A stretch of DNA of 62,456 nucleotides, filler included, from Choristocarpus tenellus KU-1152 (GCA_964200185.2; 7 parts of 7 records of this genome joined end to end with filler, not necessarily neighbours in it); one strand, 5' to 3'. Counted from the whole stretch's first letter, positions 12,742 through 28,800 are shown. Notes: generated by a model not told the origin, from the letters alone. Translations and numbers: made by a program.

Positions 12742-15700
12742 TGTGGCGACACAAGCAGTAGGCACCATGTTATTTGTCCACATTTGTAGGTCATGGATAA
12801 TATTCATAACATAACTTGTCACAACTTTGCACCAGCAACGCATCAACTACTAGAGCTTCACAGTAGCAACTTAGCTCACTCAATAACAGCCATAACAATG
12901 ATAAGAACAACGAGCATTCAACCTCTTTCAACGACTGCCTACACACAATAATGGTGTATGTTGTATCAATCCATCATCGTCCTCCAACATGAAGGTGCCA
13001 CCTGTCACCCTCCCCAGCACACAGGTCATCACTCACTTACCACTCCTTGTCAAATCTACTCACCCCTTTTATACACACATCACCAGTCACTCCAAATGTT
13101 GTTAAGAAACCTTCCCAGCACAATTCTGACATGTTGAAATTGGTATAAAATGGTAATCAAGTTGGAACCAATTGAAACTGATTACAAACATTGAAACCAT
13201 TCAGAATGCGCTCAGGGTTAGGGTCTAACCCGAACTGTAAGTAATGTAAACTATATAGATTATCAAACAAATAAAACAATCCACATCAACATAGTTGTTA
13301 AAATAGTGCTCTTATCATGCTCCAAGAGGTGTAATTTCCACCCATGCCACAATTATGCAGCCAATAAGAGACAATTTCACTCTTCATGTTCACAAACAGT
13401 CGGCACAACAATCTAACATACCTGTCCTGTTCCATATACCGCACAGTCCTTTGGTTGGTAGGCACACACAATGAATGTATAGACACAGCCATTTTGTTTG
13501 ACACTGTGCAGTTGGTAGATCCTGAAAAGCTATGCTCGTCTTGTTGTACGCAAGTAATCTGATTACTAATCGCTAATCACTAATCACTGATCACAAATCA
13601 CAAATCACTAATACAACATTGACACAACACCCTACACACTCAATATTCTTCTGGATGGTGATAATGATATAATCTAATGTACCACAGACCCACTGGGTCC
13701 ATCTTTGTCTAATTTTGGTCAACATTGTTTATGTTCCAGTGTGTGCCATGCAATTTCATGTGATACTAGATGTACTTTTCTCACCTGAGTCAGCTGCAGT
13801 GCCGCCTCCAATATGGCTCCCTTCACATGTGGCAGTATCACATGGTTCATCTCTCGCACCTATCATATTAATAAATCAATACAACAGGACCAACATATGA
13901 AAAATTAAATATTCAGTAGTTTATCAGGGTTCAACAGACATATCAGTAGTTCAACAGACACATCAGCTAACAACAATAACAACGCCTCTAGACAGTAGTA
14001 TGAACTCCAATCAAGCAAGAAGATACATGGACTTCGAGGTACACACAAGTACACACAGAGTATCTAATTGTTCTATGATAACTTCCTCCAGCTCATCAAT
14101 TAGAGGTGTTCCTTTCATCCCAAAAAATGTTCCCAATCATAACTTGTTTCTCACCTGCCAACCCAGGCTGTCCACCTGCCTTGAAGCTAAATCGATTACA
14201 GGCAGCACCCACTGCAGGAGAAGGAATCATACATGCATGTTACATTCACAGGTCATCACAACAAATGCTAACAATTCAACCTCGAGTTCATATGGAAAGG
14301 GTGTGCATGTGAGGAATGTGCAATGCACTCCCCCAGCAATTGAATATTTCACCTCTACTGCACCTCTACTGTATATTCTACATAAATAGTATTCGATCAC
14401 TCCCCAACATATGACATCATCCATGATGCTACCTTCAAGTTCATCCTCTCACTTCAGCATGGACAACATAATATCATGATAAGTGATTCTTCACCACACC
14501 TCACAGCTTGTATGTCTAGATAAAGTCATTTGTAAGACATATGGTGTCTTCAGCATTAACACGGTATTTAATAGTGTGCTACAGTATAACAATTAACGTA
14601 ATATATTGGGTTAGAAACGCCCTTACCTGAATCCTTTGGTTGAGTTTCAGCAATAGTGCAGCCCTAATTTGAATAGAGTGTGCTGGTACATCTGCCAGTC
14701 TTTGTTGCTGAAATTGTGCCTCTGCTCTGGAGAGTCTGCAGATCCAAGGGTTCAATCCATGAACCAAATTGGATGAATTATCACTCTTCTGCACAGACAA
14801 GACAAGACAAGACAAGGAGGTGATAGGTGATATTGTACACAATATAGTCAAATACATGCTAGGAGTACAAACAAAGAGCAGTACACATTGTGTTTAACTT
14901 TGGGTATTACAAGTGTTTAATAGTGGATGTCCCAAAGAGACCTACCTTATGGTAACCATTGTCATAAATTCACGATCAACAGGGGAGTGAGAAGATGGGC
15001 ATCCCAGGTCATACATAAACAAGGATCAGTTCCTGTAAACTCTTGCTGTATAAAGTATTGTTCAGGTTTCACACTAGTAGTGGCATAGTATAGTACAGTA
15101 TAGTATACACTAAAACATCTATTTATGTCAGTAATCATCACAAATACTCTAATGGAAAAAAAAAATCCATCACCTGTGGTGTCGTGGCTCCAGTCACTCC
15201 TAGCAATTCCAGGAGGTCAGCATCCATTTCGTGTGTCCATGTTCTCATCATGGTCCTGACATCCTCAAGTGATGGTGGAGGGGATGGTAATGATTGCTGC
15301 CGTTTGAGGTAAAGGTGCAGTCTTGCTCCCCGTGTCATAGCTCCAGTACGCACAGTACAACCCCAACCCCAATGTTCTACATCCTCAACCTTCCCCACAC
15401 CCCCGACACTTTGTTTATCTTTCTGTTGCTGTTCCTCTCTGTCCTCTCTGTCCTCTTTGTGCATAAATGATTGCGGCAAAGGCCCCTTCTCTTCATCTGA
15501 TGTCCGGCTTGAGCTTGAAGCTGCAGCCATAGCACGAGGGCGTAGGACATCAGATTCAGATAGACCATCTATCTCCAACATTGACATTCCACCAAGGTTG
15601 TTTGTCTGTCCACTGACTCTCTCCCCACCCCTTACATCACCTGGGGGTGCACTGTCTGAGAAACCACTGTCTGTAGATAGCAGTGCAGGTGCTCCTAAGG

Positions 15701-18700
15701 CTAAGGTCTCACTGAGAGATTCAAGTCCCCAATCACCCACCCACAAGGTACTGCTAGCAGGGCTGTTTGTGTTACTGTTGTCCTTACTCTCTGCATCACT
15801 GTCAGCAATTTCTATTGCACCACTGCTGCTAGCAAATGACGCTCCATCAATGTCTGGTGTGGCATGTACCTCATGTACCTCATGTGCAAATGTGCGTGAC
15901 TCAGTGAATCGTCGCTCAAGACCTGCTGCCCTCCCACCAATGCTTAAAACAGGTGTCCCAGATGGCAAGCGCTCCAACTTGGTATCAGCAACCGGCATAC
16001 TGTCATTTTCCTTACAGTCTACATCACCACCACGGCAATTACACCCATCAATCATTCTTGCTGGCACTGACGTTGACCTTTGAGGATGAGCCTCTGTTGA
16101 GGAGAAAGGTTGTTGATGCGTGGTTTGGCCATGATCACACAGACTAACTGGTGCTGAATATGCCCTCTCAAGTGGAAGGGCACCTTTCTCGTTACCTTTG
16201 GATAGTGAGTCACATTTGCTCCCTGCCACTAAGTCAAGATCAATGCCAGAGGATACAAAAGCCCTTGTTCGGCCCTCAACAAGAGTGCTGCTGGTATCCA
16301 GTATGGAGCTCTGCCTGTTCTCCACTGGCACAAACCCTGCCTTACTCTTGGTAGGCATCAACCTCACTGTGTCTCCTTTCACATACACTGGGCGTGAGGA
16401 GGTGCAGTCTGACAACAGGCACACCTGGACAGGAGTACCTTGATCACTAATGCGGTACACAATCAGATTGTGTCCTTCGGGCATTGAACACTCCTGTCAG
16501 GGAGAGCAAGCAAGAGAGATAGGTTCATGTGTCATGAAATGTTGCCAGAAAAAACACTTGCAAGTATGAAGCAACATTAATATCATTGCTTCCTAGCTAC
16601 CATGGGTAATAGAACATGTTCCAGCAAACGATATCATAGCCCCATGACGACTTGTGTGCCTCCTTTTGGTCCTATGCCTGTTGTAAGATCAAAGCACAGC
16701 ATATACCAAACTTGACAAGCAAACTGATCTTGCACATTTGACTGCAAGTGCTCACTCTAGCAAAGACACTCACTCACTCTGTCAAATTCCAACAAGAGGC
16801 TTAGGGCACCCGGCACACTAAACTCTTGGTAGATCCCAGTTCTATCAGTATGTGTGTTGTATGGATGGTTGCTCTCCAACCTTGCCTTTTCCCAAAGAGG
16901 ACCCTCTGCAACTGCCTGTAAAGCAAGAATATATGATAGATGTGGGCACCATGAGTCAGAGGAGTTTACTACACATAGGCCCACAGGCTTCCTTAGGCCC
17001 CTCAAGGAATCCACGATTGTGACTAAATTTGGAATCTCATTGCAGAAAAAGAAAAATCAACCAAGGACATCAATCAAGGAATGTACCAACATCTCTTAAG
17101 TGGTCATATATGGACACAAGAAAGTTGAATGATGTTTCTTCCATTTCAATAAAATACCTCACCGTGAATCGATACCCCCAATCATCTGTTACCAAGTCTT
17201 CAACAAGAGATCCCTTAGGTCTGCCTTCTTCCTCAGTGTTAGTGCTGAAACGATATGAAATGGTGTCCCCTCTGAACGTGACCACACTATCCCAGTCAGA
17301 TTCATTCCTCCCCGACACACTAAAGTTCTTGTCGGTGCCTATAAATGTAAGAGCATATCTCTTCTGAGAAAAATTCAACAGCAGGACAAGGAGGAATAAT
17401 GTTTGAGGTAAGAGTGTTGCTGGCATAAATATTCAATTTAGTGGGACTGGGTTATGGTTTGCTGGGGTAGGAATTCAAATAAATATTTACAATAGTAATT
17501 CACAGGAGCAAACTTGTTGCCCTGGAAGCACTAGATGTAAAAAAACAATAGAGTAGCACACACTATGCATGTAACAATACATAGAAATACATAACAATAG
17601 TAATGCTACAATACAGTGACAGAGCTTGTTGCTACCTTTGGCATTGAAGATCTAGGATCAAGGAAGACCACAATCTGTCTTGCACCAGGGAAATGTAAAG
17701 TCTCCTCCACCAGTCCTGTTTGGAGGGGGTGTGCAGACTCCCGCACCATAGCTCGTCCAACAGCATCTATCCATGCCTCACATAGAAGAGAGTCAAGATA
17801 TAACGATGCCCCTTGCCACAAGTGTCGTGATCTATGTGACAGCCCTTCCTCTGCCTCCTTCAATGATGATGGCCATGTACCTTGCAGTACTCCAAGTGTG
17901 TAGATAACCTCCATAAGATGATGAAGGCATGTAGAGGACACTATTCTGTGCTCAGTGTCCCCTCCCTCCCTTTTCCCTTCTTGACTCTCCCCTGATGCAT
18001 GGCCTGTATCCATGTACTTTGAAAAGTCAGTTGTTTCTAGCTGCTTCGCATGACGGAGGTCATTCTCCAACAAACCTCTGTCCTCTGCATCCATCAGAGA
18101 TATAGGGACTGCTCCATCTATGGAAAAGGAGATCTCCCCTGACCTACTGCTCATCCTGCTCCTGTCCTCATCTCCTTTTTCCCCCTGTCCATCATCATCC
18201 CTTGCAGATGCTACCTCCTGGTCATCCCAACTCCCAAAAGGAGGTAAGAGAACATGAACAGGAGGCTCAGTAGTCTCCATTCCTTGGTCGTCCTGTGTTT
18301 CATCTTGTTGAGGATCAGCACCTAGAACACCTGTGATGCCGGCACCTTGTTCCCCCCCCTTGACCATGTCCTCCATTCCAGCAATCACATGTCCAGATAT
18401 TGTAGATTGTTTTGAACCTCTCACAGTACCTGTACCATCATCACCAACGGAAGCCCTGCCCCCTTCCTCTGATGCAGCAACATTGCCCTGAGTTTTGCTG
18501 TGGCCCTTCTTCAGGGACTTACGTTGGAGGGACTTCTGCTCTAGGTTGTCCTTGACATTCTGTGTTGCTGTTGCCAGATCTGTAAGCAACAAGAGTCCCT
18601 TGGGTGCCCACCTCAGCAATGCCTGTCCTCCATCATCAGTACCATCTGTATTCCTTTTAAGGCAGCGCTTGTCACATTCTCCCAGGACTGCCCTGAGAAA

Positions 18701-19774
18701 ACCTGAGAGCCTTTCCAAAGGGGGGTGGCCACCCTCAAAGTCACCATGTGAGCGAACCAGCTGTGTGAGCAGAGGGACAAGACGAATACGGTGTGGTGCA
18801 CCAACAGATAAAAAAAGGTATGATACCAGTGTCTCAAATACACAAGACTGCATGGCCAGTTGGCGGAGAGAAGGTTGGTCCAGAAGAAATGACAGCAGCC
18901 ATGATGCCCATGTGACCGATGGGCCAGCCTTGGTCTCTGCTCTCTGATACAGACCACCTAATCCTCCAGTCACCACCCTGCTCCCAGGTCTAAATTTCAG
19001 AGCATGTTGGCCTTTGTGCAAATTGGTCGAACCCGGTGTATCCCTGCCTTCAGCATTGATTGTGTGAATCAGGTCATGACTATGAGTAGGGTGGGGTGAA
19101 GGGATCGTGGAATGGTGTGCAACATCTCCCTCTTGACACCATTCATTGCTGATGCAGGAAGATCTTACACCACGCAGTGCCCAACCTTGACCAATGCCAT
19201 GGCGGAACTTAATGGACTCATTTTCTTCATCCTCAGAGATGTCTCCATGACTTTGAAGGGAAAGTGTTCAAACAGACAAGGAGCAGCAATGATTAGATTT
19301 GGGATTAAGGTTAGGGAGTAAGCATCAAAGAAAGTACTGACAAAATGTGATCAATATTCACTGAAGGATGTTTCAAGTATCAGGTACTCCAGGATAGGTT
19401 GGGAAATGGAAATAAATAGTTAAGAAATAAACGATTGACACAAGACCAAGGCTGTGACCCAGACAGTATTCCACCAACACACCCCTTCCAACACATACAG
19501 GTTTTCGTCCATCACCAGTATAGTAACCAAGCAGTGGAAGACTGGCTCTATAGCGTCGACTCACCCAGGTTTTTTCTTTTTTTTCTTCTTTTTTTTTCTT
19601 CTTCTCTCTTCCCGAGATAGTCCACGACTCACATCCCACCTCCCAAGACGCCCCCCTGTCTGAGAGCCAAAGAAAGTGCCCAGTCCATTGTGCACAGACC
19701 ATATTGACTGCACCACATCACCACATCATGGGAATGAACCAACAACAAACCGTAACAAAGACCAATATGTCATC

Positions 19775-19809
<35 letters not shown>

Positions 19810-22800
19810 GTGCACATCATACTAACCATACAACCCCATTAAAGCCATAATATGTAATAGAATTAATGTAGAATAATTGCATGCACTGGTCTCGAGAGGT
19901 TATGCATTGATATATACACAGGACAGTGCAGTATAAAATAGAAAGTCTGCAGTATTAACTTAATGGTACCAGACTCAGGGAAAGAGGCAAGCTTCTTACA
20001 CAAGCATGTTCAAGGGCAACATGCCTAATTTTAAGTTGCAAAATGTGTATGACATGGTTGTATGGTTGTATGGTTTAGAGACAGTTTTTGGGATACTGCA
20101 GAACATCTAATCAATATAATAATACAGAACTGTGTTAAGTGAAGCACGCTCAGTATTGTTCCTGGGGCACTTCATAGACAGTTCACTCCACAGTAGGGGT
20201 TTTCAGCACTATTGATATGAGGTCAGTTTACCTGTGCCTCAGTAGGTGACCCTTCTCTCCGCATACATTGCAGGACAGGACAAGGTTCAACCGCCCATGT
20301 TGCCACACACCGTACTGCTCCAGCCATAGCTCCCACTTTGTTTGCCTTCTTGGCACAGGCAAAGTCTCCCAATGACACCTTTCTCAACAAAGGTACACAA
20401 CAAAAGGTACACAACAAAAGGCAAAAAAAAAGAGAAGAATAAGCACAGAGGACAACAGGGCAACACAAGCAGCACACCAATCACTGAGGGGTTAGGTTGG
20501 ATAAAATGTGGCAAGGTTCACTAGAATTCTGTTCAAACAATTGGCATCTTTCATGATTCCCTTAACAATTGGCATCTTGGCAAACTATATCACGCGAACA
20601 GATCAGAAAACATCATGCTGTATGATGTCTGTTGTGTTGTGAAGATGTGTACATAAAATACATATAAATTGAATTAAATTATTATTATTAAATTGTAAAT
20701 AAATGCAGGCTCAAGAATTGTCAGCAGGTTAGCCTTGAGGCTATTAACCGCACTCTTACAAATCTAAAGAAAAATAACAGAAAACCTATGAAATGAACAT
20801 ATCGACATTACTTCTCTTTTTGTGATGTGGTATACCAAAGAGAAGGGTGTGGGTTCACACAAGAGTCCCATCATAGGGTTGTATTGGAGATTTGGAAAAA
20901 GTGCCATAAGCTTGATACTTCCAAGAGTGGCAGAAGTAGATTGGTACATCAATGCAATCACTCTCTTGCCTGCACTTCTGCTCCATCTATCCAATTGTGC
21001 TATTATGTGGTATTATCAGGTATACACATGACAAAAAAAGCACGACCCCCTGATGATGCATGCCCACCTGCCCCTGCTTAGGAACAGGTCTCCAAATGTT
21101 GTAACCAGAAGCCTTGTCTTGGTATACAACACGAAACTTTGCTGGTTTGGAGATGTCACAACCTGTGCTGTCGCCACGCACAACCACAGCCCCAGAAGGT
21201 AACCTTGAACCAAGAGAGGCTACATCACCCACACTGAACCAGCCATCAGGGACCCTGGGCCGCCAAATAGTCAGGACCTGTGTTGGTAGGCATGGTTGGC
21301 CATTGGGTAGTGGAAAGGAAACAAATTGTGTCATTATGTAGACACAGATGCACTTGATTATTTGGGTTCTACACAAAGTAGAAAGACTATTGAAGCAAGG
21401 TAACACTCTCTTGAACCAGAAGTAAAAAAAGAACAATATTTATCATCAATAGTATCAATAGTATCAATATTAATATCAATATCAATATCAATTGTGTGAC
21501 TTGGTTGTGCCCGAGGTTCTCTTGGATTTTAAATTAATTAAAACAAAACGCTCGCACTTCAGTATCAATAATATCAATAATATTAATAGCACTAACTTCA
21601 CTTCAGTATCAATAATATCAATAATATTAATAGCACTAACTTCACTTCAGTATCAATAGCATTAATAGCACTAACTTCACTCACCCCTGATGCACCAGAG
21701 CTGTCCTCTGCTCCCAGCTTGCACACAAGTTCTAGGTCCCGAACCACTCGGTACTGCACCCCCACCAGGGGCTCTGCAACAAAGCGGAAGCCCCAGTCAC
21801 TGTCAGTGCCTTCCCAAGTGACATGTTTTGGTCTGAGAACAGGTGTCCCTGAGGTAACTGCATCCACAGGTTTCTTGCTGGTTGAGGTGCTTGCCTCCTC
21901 CATAAAATTACCTAAAAATAAAGTATAGTGCACATGATGTCACTCACAACACACTGAGACTTGAATGGCACCAACTGCACTACCATGGTGTGCAACACAA
22001 AACATGAATTGGTTGTGATAAACTCACAACCCAGATGATACTGACTATTAGCACTATTTATATCTCCTCCATTATTAGTAGTGATATTGTAAATACTTTG
22101 CAGTGAAATTCTGTTGTCTTGTCTCACCTTGACCAAACCTTTCTGGATTATTTTGGAGAATACTGACCTCTCTGAGGACTACAGGCTTGAAAGCATTTGT
22201 GGGCAGCGGAAATGCAAAGGGGGTTGCACCAAAGTTGATTGATACTGAAGTCCCTCCCCTCAGAGAGAAGCATGGGCAAAACAGTTCTTGTCTGTGATCC
22301 TCAGTGATTGTGGAGATTGTTCCCTTGTCTGTTGGTTCACTCCACTTCCCATTCACAGAAAAACGGAAGCTGCCTGAGTCCAGATCCAGGGCGCAACCCA
22401 CAACATCTGTAGCTGCAAGCCTGCGGCTGACACTGTATGCAACCTTGTTTCTAGACCACAGGAACCCCTCCTCCCCAAGCCCCCAACCTAATGCGTCCTG
22501 GTCTGACCCTAGCACAGCAAATGAAATATTCTGTGCATACTGCTCAGCCCCAGTGACGTCCTCATGTAGGTGTGCATGTCCACCTCGATCCCTTTTGAGA
22601 ATACCAGGAGCAGACTGTGATCGTGACACTGTAGTCACCTCTAAAACTGACAACTCTCCACTGGCAGACTTTGTCTCATCAGCCACCACATGATCCTCGT
22701 CAGTGTTGTGGGACCTCTCATCATCCTCATCCTCCCAAAGCTTGACAACGGTTTGTGTTGGAAGGACCGCCTCTCGACCTTTAACTTGCATGGCCTCCTC

Positions 22801-25800
22801 ACTCCCTTGGCCTTTAGGACTCTCAATTCCTTGGCACCTGTTGCCACCAGCATGAACGGGCTTACTCAAGGTATTGGAGGAGAGCCTGCAACTAGCCCAA
22901 CCCACCCTGAGTAGCCCTAGCCCACCCTGGCTACTGCTGCTGCTAGATGATCTATCCAGTGACACAATTGTTGCCTCATAATACCACTTCCCAGATGACA
23001 AGTGCACACCTTCAGCTGACACTAGACAATCACCAACCTCATCTTCCTCACCTTTTGGAACCTGCCCAACATCAAGCCCCGTGCCTACCGCCTCAAGGGG
23101 AAGACACTCACTAGATTCTCTGGGGTCTGCAGCTGGATCGTCACTATAGCTCTCATCAAATAGGTTGTTGAGACCTAAATCTTCTTGGATCTGGTCTTCC
23201 ACTGTTTCCATATCTGCATCTGGCACAGGCACCCCAGACTGAGGACCAGTGGCTTGGAAAAGGATTGTTGCTGGTACTCTTAATGATGGAGGGTAGTGAG
23301 GTTTTCCAGCAAGAACCACCATTCGAACAGGTGGGCGGTCAGCTCCCGGGGGGGCATCAAAGCGAAACCATAAATCAGTTACGCCAGGAAGTGAAAATGA
23401 CCGGAAGTCGGTGTTGAGGGTTTCCAGCTCAGTACCAGAAACTCCAATTGGTGTCACCAGGTTCTGCTGATTCCGCTTCTTGACCAATGCTCTTGCAAAA
23501 GCTCTTGATATGATAACTGCTTGGTGTGTACTTTCAGTTGAACTTGGGGACACACTTGATATGCTGGAGAGGTTAGCAAGCGAAGATTCTTCACTTGTTT
23601 GATGTATCAGATCTGCAGGCATGTCCAAATTTTCCAGGAAGCTTAGTGTGTTCTTGCCAAACACATTGGACATCCCAGAGGATAGGCTGCTTGCCTCCTC
23701 AATCTTGAAGAACTCCAGTCCCTTGTTGAGAGCATGGAATGAATGCTCCATGTTGTGACCATGCATGGTGCGGAGTGGGTTTTGATTAAGTATCATATCC
23801 TCCCTTGACAAAAAGAACTTCAAGCACAGAAGTGATGATGGTGTGCAACTATGGGAATCCATCTTTATCACCATTCCGTGACAAGATGGGTTCATTTTGA
23901 GATGTCCTGCATATGAAAGCGGGGCACAGACAGGGTGCAATGATTCGTGCACAATTTTTCCTGTACCAATGCTTTGAGATGTGTTGCAGTGCCTCATGCC
24001 TGCGTCTTCCGTTTGGGCATCCACAGTTTGTCCAATCACCCCAGGATCAGGCCTGTCCCAACCCCCACAAATCATGGTCTTTGGTGGAGCGCTGAGGGCT
24101 TCAAATGAGTCGAGCACTTCTTGTGCCAGCATTGCACCAACCTCAGAGTTTTGTTCATCAGACTCCATCACCTTGTGCCACAAAACCTGTTCAGAACAAA
24201 GGGAAGACAATGCTATCATAAATCATAAACTCCATCAGAGACAAGGGACAAGAAAAAACTACCATAGTCCATATACAATCACAGATATATACATTACTTG
24301 TTAGTGCTGACTCTAGCATGGACCAGCCATGGCAGTTACCAGTTTCACATCAATCCCAATCCAATCGCATGTCCAGCCTGCAGAGTACAAGGTTGTTAGG
24401 TAATTATTATAGTACCTTTAGCAACGAGTCTTGACTTGTCCGAGCATCCACAGGTAAATCATTCCTTGTATCATTCCTTGTATCCTCTGAGCTATGGCCA
24501 TTATCACTACCTTTGCCCCAGACAGGGGCCGGTGCTGTACCGGTAGCCATTTCTTGTGCAGCCAGGAGTCGAGTGAGACGTAGGAGGCTTTGAGGCCCAC
24601 CGGCTGCTGCAACTGCTGGCATGTGCAGGTTGTGGATGAGGTGAACTAAAAGGCATCGTGCACGAAGCACTGAGAGGGTCATATCTGTAGACCACAACAC
24701 CTGTGCGGTTTTCCATCATTCATATGGGAGGTGCCACAGATTGGGACTATCCGTGTCAGTCAATTTGTCCTACAACTTTTCAAAGCAAACATCAGTGCAT
24801 TTTGAGTGCCAGGCGGTGATTTCCTGTTAAAGTGCAAGACAGCATATACAATGCTCACTAGACTTTTAAGGCAAACCAACAAACAGAAAGGGCACACACA
24901 CACACACACAATGTTTTTCGACACACGCATAAACTGCATGCTCATAGTCCAAGAGAGAAAGCCCAGAAATACATTGAAATCAAGAAGCATGGAATACAGA
25001 ACTTAACCTACCTTGGCAAGGGCTGTGCCTTCTGTATCCAGCTTCTCTCCATAAAGTGACCTGGAACACCTAAGATCAGCAACAGGCACCTGTTTGGCTA
25101 GGCACATTCCCGTCTCATGGTCCAATATGTCCACCAAGACCTCTTCACCCTCCATCACCAGACCTTGGTATTGCCTCCCTGTGGCTTCACAACCACTTTC
25201 AGGTCTGCCACCATCCTTGGCAACATCTACAACATGGCTGTAACCTTCACCACCTCCATCTCTTGCTTCAGATTGTGCTGGGTGCTTCCTGTTGTTGTTG
25301 ATGGCAGATACTCTATCTGGAGAATCTGTTTCCATATTTGTCAACAAGTGCTGTGCCTGCTGTGCCAATGTTGAGACAGATATGGTGGCACTTGCACCAA
25401 CAGTCTCAGGTGCATAACCTTCTCCTGTGGACAGAAAAACCAGTGAACCTGGAAGGAGCAAGTCTGCCTCATTCCTCAAGGAGCTACTACTCATTCCCAA
25501 ACGAACCCTGCCAGTTGATGGTTGTGCGGTTGGAACAACCAGGATAGGCTCTAGATCGTGTTGACAGAGAGGGGCAACACACTTCACAACACACTTCACA
25601 ACACACAACAACCAAGAATAGACATGAACAGGTAGGGGAGGGAGAAAAAAGGTGACTTAAATCATATTGATAACTAGGAATAGCCATGTTCAAAACCTGT
25701 TGTCACCTGTGATCTGATCCCAACAGGGTCAATCAAGCTAATTCAATTTGTTCTGGGACTAGCACCAATTATATTTCAGTCTCATCACTTAGATGTACTG

Positions 25801-28800
25801 TCTACACCATGCCCATCCCTTCAGGAAAGTCAACACAAGTGGTTCCCTGAACTGTACATCATTTTGCCTATATTATCTTACACTGATGCTGTTGTGTAAA
25901 AATCACCAAACAGAGGATGCCAGCAAACCACAGATACAAACAAAGGATGCCCACCAGAAACAAAAACATGCAAACAGTTACCTCACCTTTGCCAGCTCTG
26001 ACGTATCCTGAACACAAGTCTCACCAGAGTCCTCATCTCTGTCCCACAATTGATTCAATGCCTCCACAGACACACAGTGTGCAGAGTTGTCAGAAGCTGT
26101 GTCAGAGGTTGCTAAGGATGTTGCCGGTCCTCCAACTGACCCAATGAGGCTAGCAACCACCTCAGTATCTGGCACACTAGGTGACAAAGCACGATCCCTT
26201 CCTTCAGTCCAGTTGGGGTCACCAATCGTCCTCTCATTGCATGATCTGTCACCCTCCACCTGACCCTCCTGCGCCTCTGTCTCTGTCTCTGCCATTGTCC
26301 CAGTTTCTGTCACAATCACCTGGTCCTACTCATAATTAAAAAAAGGTATAGTAGTTGAAATGAAGGCGGAAGCGGAAAAGAGGGGTTACAACACATGTAC
26401 ACCCTGAGAGTGCAACAAACTAGAATGTGTAAAATATGACCTTTCCAATCATACTAGTCCTACCAATACAATATGTGTCAATCAAGCACCCCTCAATGTC
26501 CACTACAATGTCCAAGATTCATTGTGTTTTCAAGAATCTTTTCCTGTTGTGTGTGTGTGTGTATCATAAAGCAGAATGGAATTTCAATCCATGAGGCAAG
26601 TGGTACAGCACCTGTCAACAGGCAACAAAATGCCCCACAAAGCGATACACCAAGTGGACTACATTACCTCACCTTATTGTCCTTTAGCCACTGCCTGGCC
26701 TGAGTAACATTACCAAAGACCTCCAACGTAGTTAACGCTACAGAGTTGAGTGTACTCAACTCTGTAGCAAGCATTTCAGCATCGGCTTCCCTTCTTGCAA
26801 TGGCTGCAGCAGAGTACTCAAGGATGTGGGATACCGGAGAGGCCTGCACGGTAGTTTTCGGCCTGGCTAATCCATGTCGAGCACCAGTCTCTATAGTCAT
26901 TGTCTGGCATCCATCCTCTTTAACTTTGCTACCTACTTCTCCACCATCACAGTCAACCTTGCAGAGCAAATGGACATTATATTTTAGTGTGGAAAGGATC
27001 ATTTTGACAAGCAATCTCAATACTCTCAATACTCTTAGTACAATAAGGTACCAGTACAAGCGGATAGTTGGACACACCCACTAATGTAGTAAACACCATA
27101 ATATGAGGTAGGTGCAAATTTTCCCCTAAGGCTTCAAGGTGCAGCGCAAACTTCTCAGTTCCAGTACTGGAGCATGATCCACTGCAGTAGGACCAGATGA
27201 TATCATCCCTGTGAAGAGAGTACAGTAATACCCTACTATAACAAATAATAGCTGTTCCTTCCTCACCTCTACATCACCTTCCCGGCTGCTTACGCTCTCT
27301 GCACACCCTTCAACACCCCTCTCCAGGTAGTCTCGTGGTATGTTTCTGATACTCATATCAGAAACTCTACGATTTGGTTCCACTGAAGAAGAGATCCCGA
27401 TACTTTCTTGCTCACCCAAATAATGTGTTCTGGGCTGGCTAGACTGTAGAAGCACCCTAGTGCGATCAGAGAGGCTTGCTATCATCCTCTGGAAGCCTGG
27501 TCGAGCACGTGCACCACTTTGCCGATTGAATGTCCCTGGCCGTTGCCCACCATCTGGCGCATCCTGATCCTCCCCAACCATGGCCCAGTTGCTGCTGCTC
27601 ACAGACGATCCACTTGTTACCAAAAAATCAAGTCGACGTCTCCTTCCTTGCAGCCAGCCTTGACCACCTCGCTCCACCCTCTCCACCCTCTCTCTGATTG
27701 TGAAGTTGCCCCGATTTGCCCCAGTTTGCCCATTGTGTCCCCTGAGGTGTCCTCTCCTGCTGTGTATCTCCCTCGCATCTCTAGCTGAGGTTGCTTCATC
27801 ATGGCCACGGCCATGCCCCTCCCTTGGGTAAGAGTTTTCATGTGGCTCAGAATGAATAGGATTGCCTTTGCCCGATGGACTTGACAAGCCCAATGTATCC
27901 TTCTTGTTCTTCAATGGCGGTAAGGGACACCTCTGAACTGGCTGAAGGGATCGAAGACCATATGGTCCCAAATGGAAGGCAGAAAGGCCTCTAACTTGTG
28001 CAGAGCGCCAACGATCTTCCATGTCCTGAGTACAGTACAGTACAGTACATATTCAATATTAACACAAACAGCAATGCATTAGATGTATTGGAGGAATACC
28101 ACGACAACGAATAGGTCAGCGAAATTAAGCCTTGAGGCACAGTAACAGTCAGATTAATACACAAAAGTATTGCTTTGTTTCAATAAAAATCATCCTTACA
28201 TAAAACACAGTTTAATACTACACAAGAGGAAAAGTTTTAGGGTTAGGGGTAGACAGCCAGCACCTCGAGTTATTTGTGTGTATTGGACATACCTTAACAG
28301 TCAACAGTGATGGAAGTGGCACAACCTCAGTAGCCACCTGTAACAGCTTTGGCAGCATCCCCACCATTACTTCCCCTTCCTGACATGCAGCAACCACAGC
28401 CTCACTGCAGTGTATTGACAGCTGCTGAAGAGCTGCAAGAGACTGTGACAGCAAACGGGAAAGAGCAATTGAACTGCTGCCCATCCCTGTGTGCCCTTTT
28501 CCTACCTCCCCAGGAATTCCTCTCTTGATTCTTCCATGTGAAAATTCCTCTACTCCCCAAGTCAAGAGAGAGCTCACAAGTGCAATGAGCTGGGACACAA
28601 TGGGCTGTGCTGGGGTGTCAGGGTCAGATTGCATTCCCACATCCACTGCTTCCAGGTCTTGAGTAGGTACCATTTCATAGCCCTCAATGGTTTCTCCACT
28701 GAACACAACTCCTGCCTCAGCATCACCTGGTGAGAATTGGACCACCCTACCAACTGCCCCTGAGCTGATGTTGGTGTTGAAGGTAGAAAACATTAAGCAT

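Noticed and set aside
15457-18947. Long + strand ORFs (15457-16083, 18495-18947 and similar)
   Set aside because: Antisense shadows of large HECT-gene exons with no recognisable motifs.
7343-28250. TTAGGG-like hexamers (near 7345, 13215, 19305, 28236) as telomeric arrays
   Set aside because: Only two or three degenerate units each; too short to call.
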